This document shows positions 12,843 to 24,890 of a DNA stretch of 64,000 bases, piece after piece. Within the stretch, counting starts at the first letter, position 1, and each line of letters begins with the position of its first letter. The stretch is from NCBI GenBank assembly GCA_028023455.1, contig JAQFVV010000007.1:8432001-8496000 (forward strand), read 5' to 3'. Made by a program: the position numbers and the translations under genes. The notes under the pieces were generated by a model that was not told the DNA's origin, ran no database searches, and was given only the letters and a program-made list of their open reading frames with translations. Source of the DNA: Epiperipatus broadwayi. Lineage: Eukaryota > Animalia > Onychophora.

Positions 12843-14447
12843 TTGACAATATTGTGTGCAAATTTCTCCAATAATTCACTATCCTTACTATTACTGTAGA
12901 ATGTTCATGCGTACATCTCTGCCTAATTATTATTTTTCGTCACTTATATTGGATTTCAAGACAATCTCAACTATGGCTATATGGTCATACCATGAGAAGT
13001 CTAAGAACAAAATGCCCTTGCTCTCCCCACCACAATCTATATTGGCCTACTTGGAGCTATATTTTAATATATATATATTACTTTTAAGAATATTTATTAA
13101 AATGATAACAGGAAGAAATACGCACAATGATAATAAAATACTCGAATGGTTTACTGTATGGAAGTGTATAAGAAATTCGAATGGAAGTAAGATAGCTGAA
13201 CTGCGATCCTTAGAGTTTGAATTTCAGTCTGTCACTTTACCAATGCAGTTATTCACGAGACAATAATATAGTATTAATAAGTTTAATAAAATTATCTTAA
13301 AAAAGAGTATTAATAAAATTGTTGTTTGTTTTTTTTTTAAAAAAAAAAAAAAAACTATTTATTTAACTTCAGTACAAATTCCAATTAATTAAATTAAATA
13401 TTTAAATGAGCCAAAAACAAAAAAAAAAAAAACCCACTAAATATATTAATTATCTGATAGCTATATTTGAAAAAATAAATTGAAATAAACAGTGCATAAG
13501 TGATGCTAAATTAAGAAAAATGAAGAGTAGGAGTCTGTCTGCATTACAATGGTCATTGACCTAGTAAAGATTTTTTTTCCACTTAAATTAATTCAGAAAT
13601 AAAGTTCAAAAATATATATATCTAAAGGCTCTGTATTGATTTTCTACTTTTTAAGCCATGCGATTTTAAATTCTTGAAATTCTGAATATCAAAAAAGACT
13701 TCTAATTATTTACGACGTGTATATGTATGGATTGAAAAAGTATGTGGTAATTAGTTTGATTATCTTGTATAATGATTGACTGATTTATGTTGGCATACAT
13801 ATTTTACGTTAACAGATGGTGCTTTTGTATTAAACCTGCTTCCCGTGTTTGTGATGTCAGAACACCATATTACAAAGTCACACTCTCCTACACCCCCTCC
13901 CCCAATGGAGAAAGATATGGTATTCTGCCGTCTAGTATTTTGATCAATTTCCCAAATACTTTTATATAAATTTCGGATTATTAGTTTGAACAATATATAT
14001 ATATGTATGTATAATTTGAAAAAGAATGTGGTAGTTAGTTTGAGTATCTTGTATAATGATTGACTGATCTATATGGGCGTACATATTTTATGTTGGCATA
14101 TAGGTGAATGAATATAAATACGTACGTATATATAAACGATTAAACGATCAATTTTCCTAACAATTTTATACTATTTTCACATTATTAGTTTGAACAATAT
14201 AAAGAAGTAAAAGATGGCGTCTAAATGCATTAATTTCTTTAGTTCCACGTTTGAATCATAATAATTAAAAAAGCAAAAACCAGGAACTAGTCAGTCTGGA
14301 GATGGATATTTTATAACTGAAGTTCATTGATTACTGCAGTCTACAGTAAATGGCTAGAGTAAGATGAAGATAACTAAGTGCTTTTGGATAAAAATCACAT
14401 GATCACTATTTCTTATGCTTGCTTTATAACTGTTATTAAAACAGTCA

Positions 14448-15026
14448 AAACTCTCCATACAGTATAGCCACTCAGTGTAAGACAGAGTAATCAATGGATG
14501 CCAGAAGGCTTGTGCATAAAATCCTCATCTAGTGCCTACTCATCTGATATCCCCAGACTAGTTTCTGGCTTGTGGCCTTCATCAGTAAGGAGCATTGGAT
14601 CTGAGTGCACTGCACCTAGATCTTAGGAGATATCTAATGCAACCCGCCAGCAGCCTTTCTTTATCTCTACTTAATTACAAAATTATGAGACATCAAAATG
14701 TATAAGGCACTGAACTGAATTCAGACCTATATGACTATGTAAGCTAATGAGCTTGGATTGAATATATTATTGTGTTTTCAATTTAAGACTCATAGTTTTT
14801 TAGTTATGTAGAGATAAAAGGTGGCTGCTGGAGGGTTGCATTAGATCCTAAGATATATGTGCAATGCTCTCAGATCCAAGGCTCCTTATTGACAAAGGCC
14901 ACAAGCCAGAAACTAGTCTGGGGATATTGGATAAATAGGCACTAGATGGGAATTTTATGCACAAGCCTTCTGGAATCCATTGATTACTCTGGCTTGCACT
15001 GAGAGGCACTACTGTATGGAGAGATT
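14448..15026. mobile_element. Fold-back non-autonomous element with about 210-bp inverted arms, each carrying a hammerhead motif (Penelope-related)
   Basis: Arms run from ctctccatacag... to ...ctgtatggagag and are reverse complements along their length. Further family copies at ~24690-24890, ~43622-44187 and ~45210-45385. Confidence 0.85.
14550..14591 (-). ncRNA. Minimal type I hammerhead ribozyme motif
   Basis: UCCUUA-CUGAUGA-A-GGC-cacaa-GCC-A-GAAAC-UA-GUC-UGGGGA: full catalytic core, stem I UCCUUA/UGGGGA, stem II GGC/GCC, palindromic ACUAGU in place of stem III, GUC cleavage triplet. Confidence 0.75.
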
Positions 15027-15126
15027 AATCACAAGTTTGAGCTACTTTTAGATGAAAGTCAGTGTTACTGGTTTTGATCACTTTTTCTATCTGTATGATC
15101 ATGAAGGAACTCAATTGTATTTAACA

Positions 15127-15407
15127 TAGGGAGCATACTAATAGCTCAAACAAGCTCTTATTGATAAGTGCAATAAGAGAAAAAAAAATTAAATCTCTAT
15201 CCAGAATATCCCCAGACCGATTGGTTTCAAGCTTTTGGATCACCTCAGTGAGGAGCTAGAATATTCAGACACTAGATCTAAAATATCAACTCAAAACTCA
15301 GCACCAATTGATCTGAGGATAGAAATATTCTAGATAGAGATTTTAAATATCTTTCTCTTACCGCACTTATCAATAAGAGCTTGCTTGAGCTATTGGCATG
15401 CTCCCTA
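15127..15407. mobile_element. Second fold-back element with a degenerate hammerhead motif (15209-15254, minus)
   Basis: Inverted arms tagggagca...ctctatccagaatat / atattctagatagag...tgctcccta. Minus strand reads CUCCUCA-CUGAGGU...GAAAC-CAAUCG-GUC-UGGGGA. Confidence 0.7.
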
Positions 15408-16399
15408 TAATACATATTTGTAAATACAAGCTTATAAAAGCAATGTCATGAAATATATGACTTGCTTTAATTATATTTACAAAATTTTGTAAGATCATTA
15501 ATAAATTGCATCACATGAGCATATGTATGACCCACCCAGATATATCTGGATTGGAGTCCTATCACATGATTATGTCACTCTTTCAATATATTTCTTACTT
15601 TCTCCTTTCATTAGTTTTATAACTAATCTTTATTCATTCACAAGGATATAAAGTAGAGAAACAAATAAATTAAATCTATAATGCTAAGTCCATCCAAAGG
15701 ATGTACATTTGGTTAACAGACATCTTTCAAACAAAAAATTAATTTAATAAATTTAAAAATAATAATAACATAAATTGGCAACAATAATGAGTATAAAAAA
15801 AGTAGTTACAAAAAAATAAATACAGAGGGAGTTATATCATAGAATAAAAATAATTATGTTGTGGAAATGGATGGAGCAGAATATGGGAAAATTTAGAGTG
15901 GGGAATGGAAAATAAAGTGACTAACAGGTTTATCTGGGCATAATTGCTGAGATATTCTTGACTTCGTTTAAGGAGAAGCCACAGTACATCACATCTCATC
16001 AATTTAATTTTTTGTTTAAATTTGGAACTGTTTGGCTAGAAAGGACTAGAAAGTAAATAATCTAAACTACATAAAAATTAACTAATCAAAAATTAAGAAA
16101 TATTTAAATACATAAGTCTATACTAAATGAACAATAAACTAAATTAAATAATTATATAAGAAAATAAAAATTAAGAAGCACAAAATTAAAAAAAAAAAAT
16201 GAATATAAAATTGGTCATTTAAATATAGGATATATAAATATAATGAAATATAGGACAAAATAATATATCATAATTAATATTAAGTAAAACAAAGGAATAA
16301 ATTTAAAATCAGATATAATTATAGAAATATGAGTAATATTTTTGTATACTTGTAATTAAAATTAGTTATGTAAATTATTAGATATAATTATATCATTTT

Positions 16400-16480
16400 T
16401 GTAGCACTGATGAAGGTTATTGGACAGTTGAAACTATAAGGAAAGAAAATAAAATTAAATTTAGAAACAACATGTTACTT
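16400..16480 (+). mobile_element. Penelope-like 3' end with hammerhead relic
   Basis: ctgatgaaggttattggacagttgaaac followed by an A-rich tail; similar to the 49135 motif. Confidence 0.5.
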
Positions 16481-17111
16481 TGAATAAAGCCTAAATTAAT
16501 CTATGGTTTATAAATAAGTTTCATTTACACAGAACATACTGAACAATTCTAATATTATGATCACCTTGATCAGGTCATAATATAGTCAACTCTCAACTAT
16601 TAATCTGGTGAACTGTTGACCATTTTTGGGAACTGTCACAATGAAGTAAAATACTTACAAAGGAACCCCGATTCCATAATTTTATATAAAATAGCAAAAA
16701 CATAAAATTTATAAATTAGAAATTGGAAAGGATGTTATTTTTTTTTATAAGGACTTTTTCTTTCTATATACAGTTAGATTATAATTAACTCAAATATCAC
16801 TAATTAAAAAACTTATATTATCAAACAAAATTACAATCTTTTGTTTTGATTTACTATTTTAATTACTGCTATATAAAAATATTGTCCTCATTTAAATATA
16901 TGAATCTTTTGCATTTTAAAACATTATATTGGCACTAATAAAATAAATTTATATTGATTATAGAAATTATTTCAATATGTACAATGTTTATTTAAATTTT
17001 TAGGAGAATTTGGGTTTATAATGGAGTAAGATTAGTTAATTATTGAAACCCAAAAAGTCACAAATTTAAAAAAAGGATGACTCCAAAGATTTCAAATTAT
17101 TAATAATCTAT

Positions 17112-17420
17112 TTGTCATCATCATCATTTTCAATCATTATATTTAACTGCAGAATGAAGGTCAAGTTTAATCCAGTTCCTTTGAATCCATTATCTCTCTT
17201 CCTCACAGCATATAATCAAACTTCCCCATTTCATCTATTTCACATTTGATCTCTTTCTAGATCTTTTGGGATTTCTTGAAACACAGTTTAAGATTTCAAC
17301 TAAACGCAATTATCATATCTATAGCAATATGTCCAGTCCAGCTCCGTTTCCATCTCTTAATTCTTTCGATAATGCCAATGGCATCTGCTTGTTATCTCTT
17401 GAGAATTATGCTGTCAGTCA
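17112..17420 (-). mobile_element. RTE 3' fragment
   Basis: Minus strand WSWTGHIA motif (tggagctggactggacatattgct) and (cat)n tail; homologous to 31260-31510. Confidence 0.75.
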
Positions 17421-18271
17421 TTTTTTCGTATTCCCAAAATACATTTCTCCACCATTAATTGAATGGTATGAAATCCGTTAGTTGGTTTTTGGTTAAGTGC
17501 TCAAAGTGTCAGATTCATAAATAAGAATTAGTAAATCGCGTATTTAAAAAACTTTCCTTTTCAATCTACCTGTATCTGATTTTAAATTAAAAACTAAAAA
17601 ATGGGGGTGGGGGAAATGAGATAATGATAATTTTTATAGAATTTAATTACTAGAAATAAGAAGTATTTGTAATTAAAATATTAAATAACGAAGTTTTAAT
17701 TAATTACAATTTTATTATTCCTATTTTTTTATACTTCCGTTACAATAATTACTATGGAAAACACTTCAAAGCTATCATGAACAGGTGAAAGTTTTACTTT
17801 CTACGATTACTTGATAATTATTTGCGAAGGTCAAATATCCTTAGTTCACAAATTATTTTTAATCTTATTAGTTGGATGTCGTCTACTTTAAAATTTTATA
17901 TCATATTGCATGTGAATACAACTCTTTTTTTTTTATCAAGAAAATAAAGATAATATTCACAGATAGAAATATCAGACAATATAATGATAAAGTACAGTAT
18001 ATTTAATTAAACACAGTAAATTTAAACTAAGAGAACATCAAAAAATATATACATACAGACAACTTCTAAACACATCCGAGGCATAAAAGAAATGTTCAAA
18101 TGTATACTTAAACTTTCCTTTAAAATATAAATAATCAGATTAAAATTGTTGTAAATTTTAATCATAATATGAAGCTTTTCAGTTAACTAAAAATAATATA
18201 ATTCTCAGAAGATAGATATTGAAACAGAGAGAGAGAGAGAGAGAGCGCGATCTGCAATAAAATTCGGTAAC

Positions 18272-18310
18272 ATGAATGTCTTAGAGCTTGTGTGGCTGCT
18301 TGTTATTATT
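18272..18310 (+). CDS. Candidate first coding exon (signal-peptide-like) of an unidentified plus-strand gene
   Basis: ATG...MNVLELVWLLVII then a gtaagg donor; downstream of a (GA)n tract and a CpG-retaining stretch at 17480-18330. Confidence 0.25.
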
Positions 18311-20717
18311 GTAAGGCGGTCGTCATTTAGGCTTAACCTGAACAGTTATCTGGGTAGTATGATAGGCTTAATGGCTAGTAAATAATAACAAGTTACCAAA
18401 TTATCAGTTTAACCAATATATAAGGTTTCCACTATAATGACATTTAATATAGGTTTGAGTAATCAGTGATTGCCAGGTGCATATGAAATTACTCCCATTA
18501 CTATTTAAAATCTCCACCCATCAATAGTTTTTAGATTTTCCTTTATCAATATCTGCATATCTGCATTCCTTTAGCTTTAAATCCCAAGCCTTATTGGTAA
18601 ATGCAAATGCTAAAAACTGATTTGAAGATTGGGATTGAATCTTAAGGATAGTATTCATCTGATGATCACTGATTACTCAAGCATACACCATATGGCACTA
18701 AAGTGAAAAGAAAACTCTTGCCGTATCTAGAGACTAGACCTAAAAAGGCGTCAGATTATTTGTCATGTGACTTAGCAATATCAAATGATCTGCTATCTGA
18801 AATTTATGACCAAGTTTTTCAGTGAAACATCCACTGTGCCACTCACATTGCCTATATAAAACCTGGTAAGGTTCAGCCAAAATGTTGGCTCTATTATAAT
18901 AATAATAAAAACACCCACAAGGAATAGATCAAAAACTATTCACATCTACCACCTATAAAATCATTTAACAAATGTATCTATGTGTGTTTGGAAGTACCAG
19001 CACTATCTATTTTAAGGTGTGGAACTCATAAGGTACTTCTGTCAAAGACGTAAGAATTAAAATAAGCCTAATTCTGATAAGGCAACAAATGTAACTTCAT
19101 TTAGTATTTTGATTAAAACCTGGGTACAATAAGACAGAGGACTCCTATGCAAAGAATATGATTGGTCCATTGAAATGTAGGCACTAGAATACAGCAAAAT
19201 TATAATTCAAGGCAATCGTTTAAACAATGTGGAGTCATATAAGAATGCATATAAAATTGCCTAATATAAATTTGAAGTTCAATTTAAAAAATATATAAGC
19301 CTTATACTTTAACATAATGAAAATCACTGTTTTGTATTTTTTTTAAAAAAAAAGTTGTTGTCACGTGTTAAATGCACCAAATAAGTATGCAGATGAATTA
19401 TGTTACTACCATAGACTACAACTGAGGGAAATGTTTTACATTCTGGAATGATAGTGGTATATGTGTATGCACATTTGCATAGCATATCAGTCAATGGTAT
19501 TCATTAGAACATTGGTATTCACAGAATTAACATTTCATATACACTTTTTTAACAGTTTTTATGTTGATGAGGTTTTTCTTTCTTGATATCTATCTGCTTT
19601 GACTATTGTATGTATTTTTCTAATCTGTTTTCTAATTTATTATATAGTATATAGCAGAAAAATTGATTTTTATTTTTACAAACTACAGTATAAATAAGTG
19701 GACGATTTGTATTTTCTTCATCTTATCAAAAAAAAAAAAAAACTAATTTGTCTATTGTATATATATGAAGTTCAAATACTAATAATTTATACACAGTATA
19801 TTACTAAGAAAATTAATTTAATATGATAATCTCTAATATAAAAAATAATTGTCTGATATTTGATAAGACATTATATTGATATTTAGAAATCACGGAAATT
19901 TGACATATGAAGATAATAGAGTAATTTGAAATAGTCAAAGGAAATTAGTAATAGTGTACTGTATATTATACCCAGTATATCATTGAGAAAATAAATTTAA
20001 TATAGTTCACTATCTCAGATATGAAGATTAATTGTCCGATGAGTGATAAGACATTTATAGTATGTTGACACCTAGAGATCAGAGGGCTTTGAGACATAAA
20101 GCTGATAATTTGAAGTAATTGAATTAAATTGGTAAACAGGTTACAAAATGTGATCAACAGATGCACAATGTTTCTGAAACACCTCAATTATGCACATACT
20201 ATGTCAGACCATGCTATTCACAGTATGTACTTGAGTTCATTATCCAAATCTTGATTTAGAGAGAATACATTATATGTTTGATATGTTGCACAAGCTCTAT
20301 ATTATATGGGATATCATTATATATATATATATATATAATTATAATAAATTATGAAGAATGAGTTTTAGGAGTTACTAAAACCGAAATGGGTTGTTCTGAA
20401 ACCATAATCCTGTTCACCCATAAATCATTAAAGTTTTGCTTAGAAACTTATTGAACTTAATTTGTGATATTCATATTTTGTTCCATAGATGTCAGCTACA
20501 TATACAATAGACCAACACCCAAATAAACGAGCTGATACTGTATATGTTAATCATAATAAAAGTTTAATAGTGACCAATTTAACAAAAAATTATTTATAAG
20601 AAGAGGTAATACTGTTATCGAAATAAATATTTATTTATGAATAAATTTAAAAAATGGAAAAAAGATGATTAATTTTTTAAAAATCATTTGGATTTTTTGT
20701 TTTTTTCATGTGTCAAA

Positions 20718-20789
20718 TGCATTGACTGGGAAGTGAAACCGGGTCAGCTGCTTGGAAGACAGCTATTCTAACCACTAGGTCACCAACGC
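20718..20789 (-). pseudogene. tRNA-Gly(TCC) pseudogene / tRNA-derived SINE head
   Basis: GCGTTGGTGACCTAGTGGTTAGAATAGCTGTCTTCCAAGCAGCTGACCCGGTTTCACTTCCCAGTCAATGCA is collinear with canonical metazoan tRNA-Gly(TCC). The T-loop and stems are damaged, partly by CpG transitions. An A-rich tail follows on the minus strand. Confidence 0.8.
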
Positions 20790-21356
20790 TCGACAAATCA
20801 TTTGAATTTAGCAGTATCCCAAAAAAGTAAATGATAAAAGTTCTGTACAAAATTGATACCATATAAGGAAAAAATTGTCTAAGGACTTAATCTTTAATTA
20901 AGTAAATAATTAATTTAATAAATGAAAAATATCAATAATATTAAGAGAAAAAGTATTTTTTAAAGTCACATAAATAAAAATAAATAATCAAATGATTTGT
21001 TGTTTAGATATTCATAAGATGTGTACGTCTCTTAAGTATCAGAGATTTGAACTGTGATCCATCGACTTCATTGTCAGAGTTAGTCATTCAGCCATCAGAT
21101 CAGACCAAGCAGGTCTTAAAATTTCTTAAAAAACCAATAACAAAAAAAATTATTATTATTAAACTTTTAACATAAGTCGAGCACTGATTATATTATATAT
21201 GTGTGAAAAATAATGATCCGGATCTACTGATGAATGCTGGTTCATATGTATGTGGTCACGCATATCGGTTGTGTAGGCTGCAGTGGATGACTAAAGGAAA
21301 CCTGAAAGCCTGTGTTCAAATCCCATTTAATTATATCTAGCTTAAGTATATATACT

Positions 21357-21515
21357 GTCATCATCAACCATTATCAATCCACTGCAGAATGAAGTTCTCT
21401 CAAAGTTCAATCCATCTTCTCCGATCTTTAGCTTCTCTTCTTCACATTATCCCTGGACACTTTCTTATTTCATCCATCCATCTCACATGTGGTCTCTTTC
21501 TGGTTCTTTTACAAT
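21357..21515 (-). mobile_element. RTE 3' fragment
   Basis: Reverse complement of the RTE 3' end (ccactgcagaatgaag...tccgatctttagcttctcttc...cacatgtggtc). Confidence 0.75.
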
Positions 21516-22466
21516 ATATCTACTATACTTGTATTTTTAAAAAAAAGTGAAATGAAATGGCTTATAAAAAGATAATAAAATCTGAAAAAGAGATAATTGT
21601 TAAAAATAGACATAGGAATAAAAAATAGTTTTCTCAACCAGTCTACGTTTTATAGGAAATTTAAAAATATGAATTCAATTTGTAATAAATTAAATATCAG
21701 GAATAATGTATAGTTACCTGGAAACCAATCAAATTAAATATATATATTAAAAAATATCAGGTTTATTTATCTCAACAAATATTAACTGGTCCTTTATTTA
21801 CTAATACACAATATTGCTGGAAATAACTTCATTAAAAAAAAAAATCATCATAATCCTACAAATGATGAAATCATCAATTCATCCATTTCAATAAGATATT
21901 TTGGTTGCAAGGTAAGTCTGACATCTTGAAATTTGGTTCAAGCCCACATGTAAATGAGTGAATATGCAGAATAATAACTAACCCTACTTAACTATATTTT
22001 TAAAATATAAATATTTATATATACATTTTTAAGATGCACATATACAACATCCAGATACACTTTTGATAAAACAACAATAATCTCTTACTGTTGATGGGGT
22101 TAAAAAGAGAAGAGATATAACGTAAGAGCTTATTTATGTTTTAATTGGGTAAGAGATATTAACATGTCATAAAGGATTATACACAAAAATCAGTTTCATT
22201 TAGTTACAAGAAATCGTAGCACCATCCTCCTGTCTTGCCCTAAAGTTATTAATATTTTTAACTTTTCTTTCTCTAAGTGAAATTCCAAGACCAAGATTTT
22301 TGATGAATATATGCCTACATAAATGCATAATAGATTTATATGTAGAGATGAATATGTTCATGAGAATAAAAATTTATATTAGCATTGATATTCAAATGCA
22401 ATCAATAAAAATGTTTGTATGACCAAATTGACATAATAAAAACTAAGAAATTTATATATGTGTGTG

Positions 22467-23335
22467 TGTTATATAATGAGTTTTAATAGCTCTTAACAAG
22501 CTTTACTGAATATTCCTATCCCCAGACCAGTTTCTAGCTGTTATTTGCTGACAGTGAGGTGTGTGGATAGGGATATTTAAAAAAGCTTGTTAAGAGCTAT
22601 TAAGGCTCATTATATAACATTTGTAGTACTGGCTTATTAAATTGGATCATGTGATGTGAGACTGGCTTCCCTTGCAATTATAATTTTCCTCTTGAGGTTT
22701 TGGTGATGTTATATTGCTAAAGCTACTAATATATGATGTATCTGAACTTAGTTCAGTCCCATATGGCTATTTAAGTTAGACAGTTGGATTCAAAGATGTA
22801 TAGATGTCTGAAAATTTCAGATTTTTTATTTAATAGTTATCTGTTAATAAATGCTGAACTTAAGCTGGTATTTGTAGATCTAATTTCTGAATATCCTGGT
22901 GCCTGACTGACAATAATCAGCAGGTAGAAACTGACCTGGGGATAGGGATATTTGGAAAAGCTTGTTAAGAGGTACTAATACTCATCATATAACACTTGTA
23001 GTACGGGCTTATTAAATTGGGTCACATGACGTATAATTTGATTTTCTTGCAATACAATATATATGTGAATCTCTGGTTATATCCGCATATTCTGTAACTG
23101 ACCAATTTAATAAAGCATCATTTTATTTGTTACTAATATTTAAAATTGACATTATTTATCATTGATGTATATTGGACGTATACAATTATAACTACAAACA
23201 AAATAAAGGCATATGTCTCATGACCTATTTTAACAAGCTTGCATTACAAATGTTATATATAGAGCTCGCAAATAAGCTCTTAACAAGCTTTGCAGAATAT
23301 TCCCAACCCTTATTTGCAAGCTTTATATATAACAA
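22467..23335. mobile_element. Cluster of short fold-back units with hammerhead relics
   Basis: Palindrome at 22467-22619 (tgttatataatgag.../...ctcattatataaca) enclosing a GAAAC-UG-GUC-UGGGG relic; direct second copy at ~22890-23040; third palindrome at ~23245-23335. Confidence 0.65.
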
Positions 23336-24689
23336 TTATAACATATAAGCATAAAATAAAACAATATCTACTTTAGGGTATGGAAAAATCATTGCATAAA
23401 AAAAGAACTATTCTCATATACAAAATGTAAATACAACTAGATATACCTACATAAAAAATAATATAAAAAAAAATTAAAGAAATACTTTTATTCACAAAAA
23501 TCCACTTAAAAATGCATTAAAAAGTTAAAAATAATATTTCTTCAGCTTTCACTGTACCAAAATAAAAGCATGCAATACCTATGTTTGCAAATATTCCTAA
23601 ACATAAGTGTTGCACGATTTTATTTTCAGCTGCATAATATTATTAAAACTACGAAAACTCAGAATTATTTTTAGTCATGCCTTTAATAATTTTTAATGTT
23701 TTTACATGAATAAAAGCATTTCTTTAATTGTTTTTATTTTCTACTTTTTAATTTTATAACTTAGAGAACAAACGAAAATTAATTGACAAAAATAAATTTA
23801 ACTTATTTTAACTTTTAACAGAATCTTTATTGATGCAAAATGTGTTTACAACCTTCACATCACAATGATTACAATTTATTCACAGACCGGTTCCAAGCCC
23901 ACACTCATGACACCATAATCAGAAAAAACCTACTCTGAACTATCCATTTTTAAGTCCCAGAATTTATTTCCATCATTATATTGTCACTGTGATAGACCTT
24001 GAACTCTTAGCCCTCCACTAGTATCAACATTGCTGTTATATTGGGGTTTAAAGCTTGAGTAGACTCAATGTGGCCTCAACTATGTTTGGTGGGGCAATTG
24101 CTTTGTCTCTATCCCTAATTTTTCCAATTTTATTGTAAAATATTGAATCCAGACAACAGATTGAAATATGGATGACATCTGAGACACCAAAGGGTAGATG
24201 TTAAAAAGATTGATATTCTAATTAATAAGAATAGACTTTTTCCCAAGCCTTCAGATAAAGTAGCAAAGGAAGAGGGATTGAAGTTTGTGATTCTTTTAAT
24301 GATGTATCTATAAATATTTTTTACTACCAAAGCAACTTTTTTAAATGCATGTATTTTAATAATCAAATATAAATCCTTTTATTCACTTAAATAAAATTAT
24401 CAAAATCAGTTTAAGGGCCAAAAATATTTCCATTATTCTTAAGATGTCATTATTTTCATTCTAGCATAGCTGACATATTGAAGTCTCAAGAAAGTAAAAG
24501 TTTAGAATTTTACAAATGATATAAAAAGTATATATTGCAAAGTATTCTTCATAATTGTCTATTCAGAGAAAATCATGAGATAAATTGGTTTTGTTAAAAA
24601 ATCAACTTACTGTTATCTTTTTACTTCAAGATTTATTCTTAGTTATGATTTTAATTTTTCTATATAGAATGTTAAATAATAGTAGCAAA

Positions 24690-24890
24690 CTCTCTTTACA
24701 GTAGTGCCACCAAGGGAAAGCCTTAGCAATCAATGGATGCAAGAAGGTTTGTTCATAAAATCTGTATATAGTACCTATTCATCCAAATTCTAGACTAGTT
24801 TCTAGCTCATAGCTTTCATCAGTAAGGAGCCTTGAATTTGAGATCACTGCATTTACATCTTAGAATCTAATGCAATCCTCTATCATCGAA
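24690..24890 (-). mobile_element. Single-arm copy of the 14.5-kb fold-back family, with hammerhead at 24788-24829
   Basis: CUCCUUA-CUGAUGA-A-AGC-uauga-GCU-A-GAAAC-UA-GUC: core intact, stem II differs compensatorily from the 14550 copy. Confidence 0.75.

Noticed and set aside
12856-13266. 136-aa ORF in the track
   Set aside because: Low-complexity hydrophobic AT-rich translation with no recognisable motif or splice support.
15928-16033. Frame GLSGHNC-TGA-DILDFVKEKPQYITSHQFNFLFKFGTVWLERTR as a possible selenocysteine exon
   Set aside because: No selenoprotein family recognised, no SECIS identified and no linked exons. A CGA-to-TGA decay or chance explains it equally well.
16659-16677. Possible start exon MESGFL with GTAAGT donor on the minus strand
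   Set aside because: No upstream acceptor or confirmed TSS and no convincing next exon.
21896-21917. Strong plus-strand donor caag/gtaagt suggesting a micro-exon
   Set aside because: It lies inside a tRNA-like SINE head (ggttcaagccc B-box just downstream).
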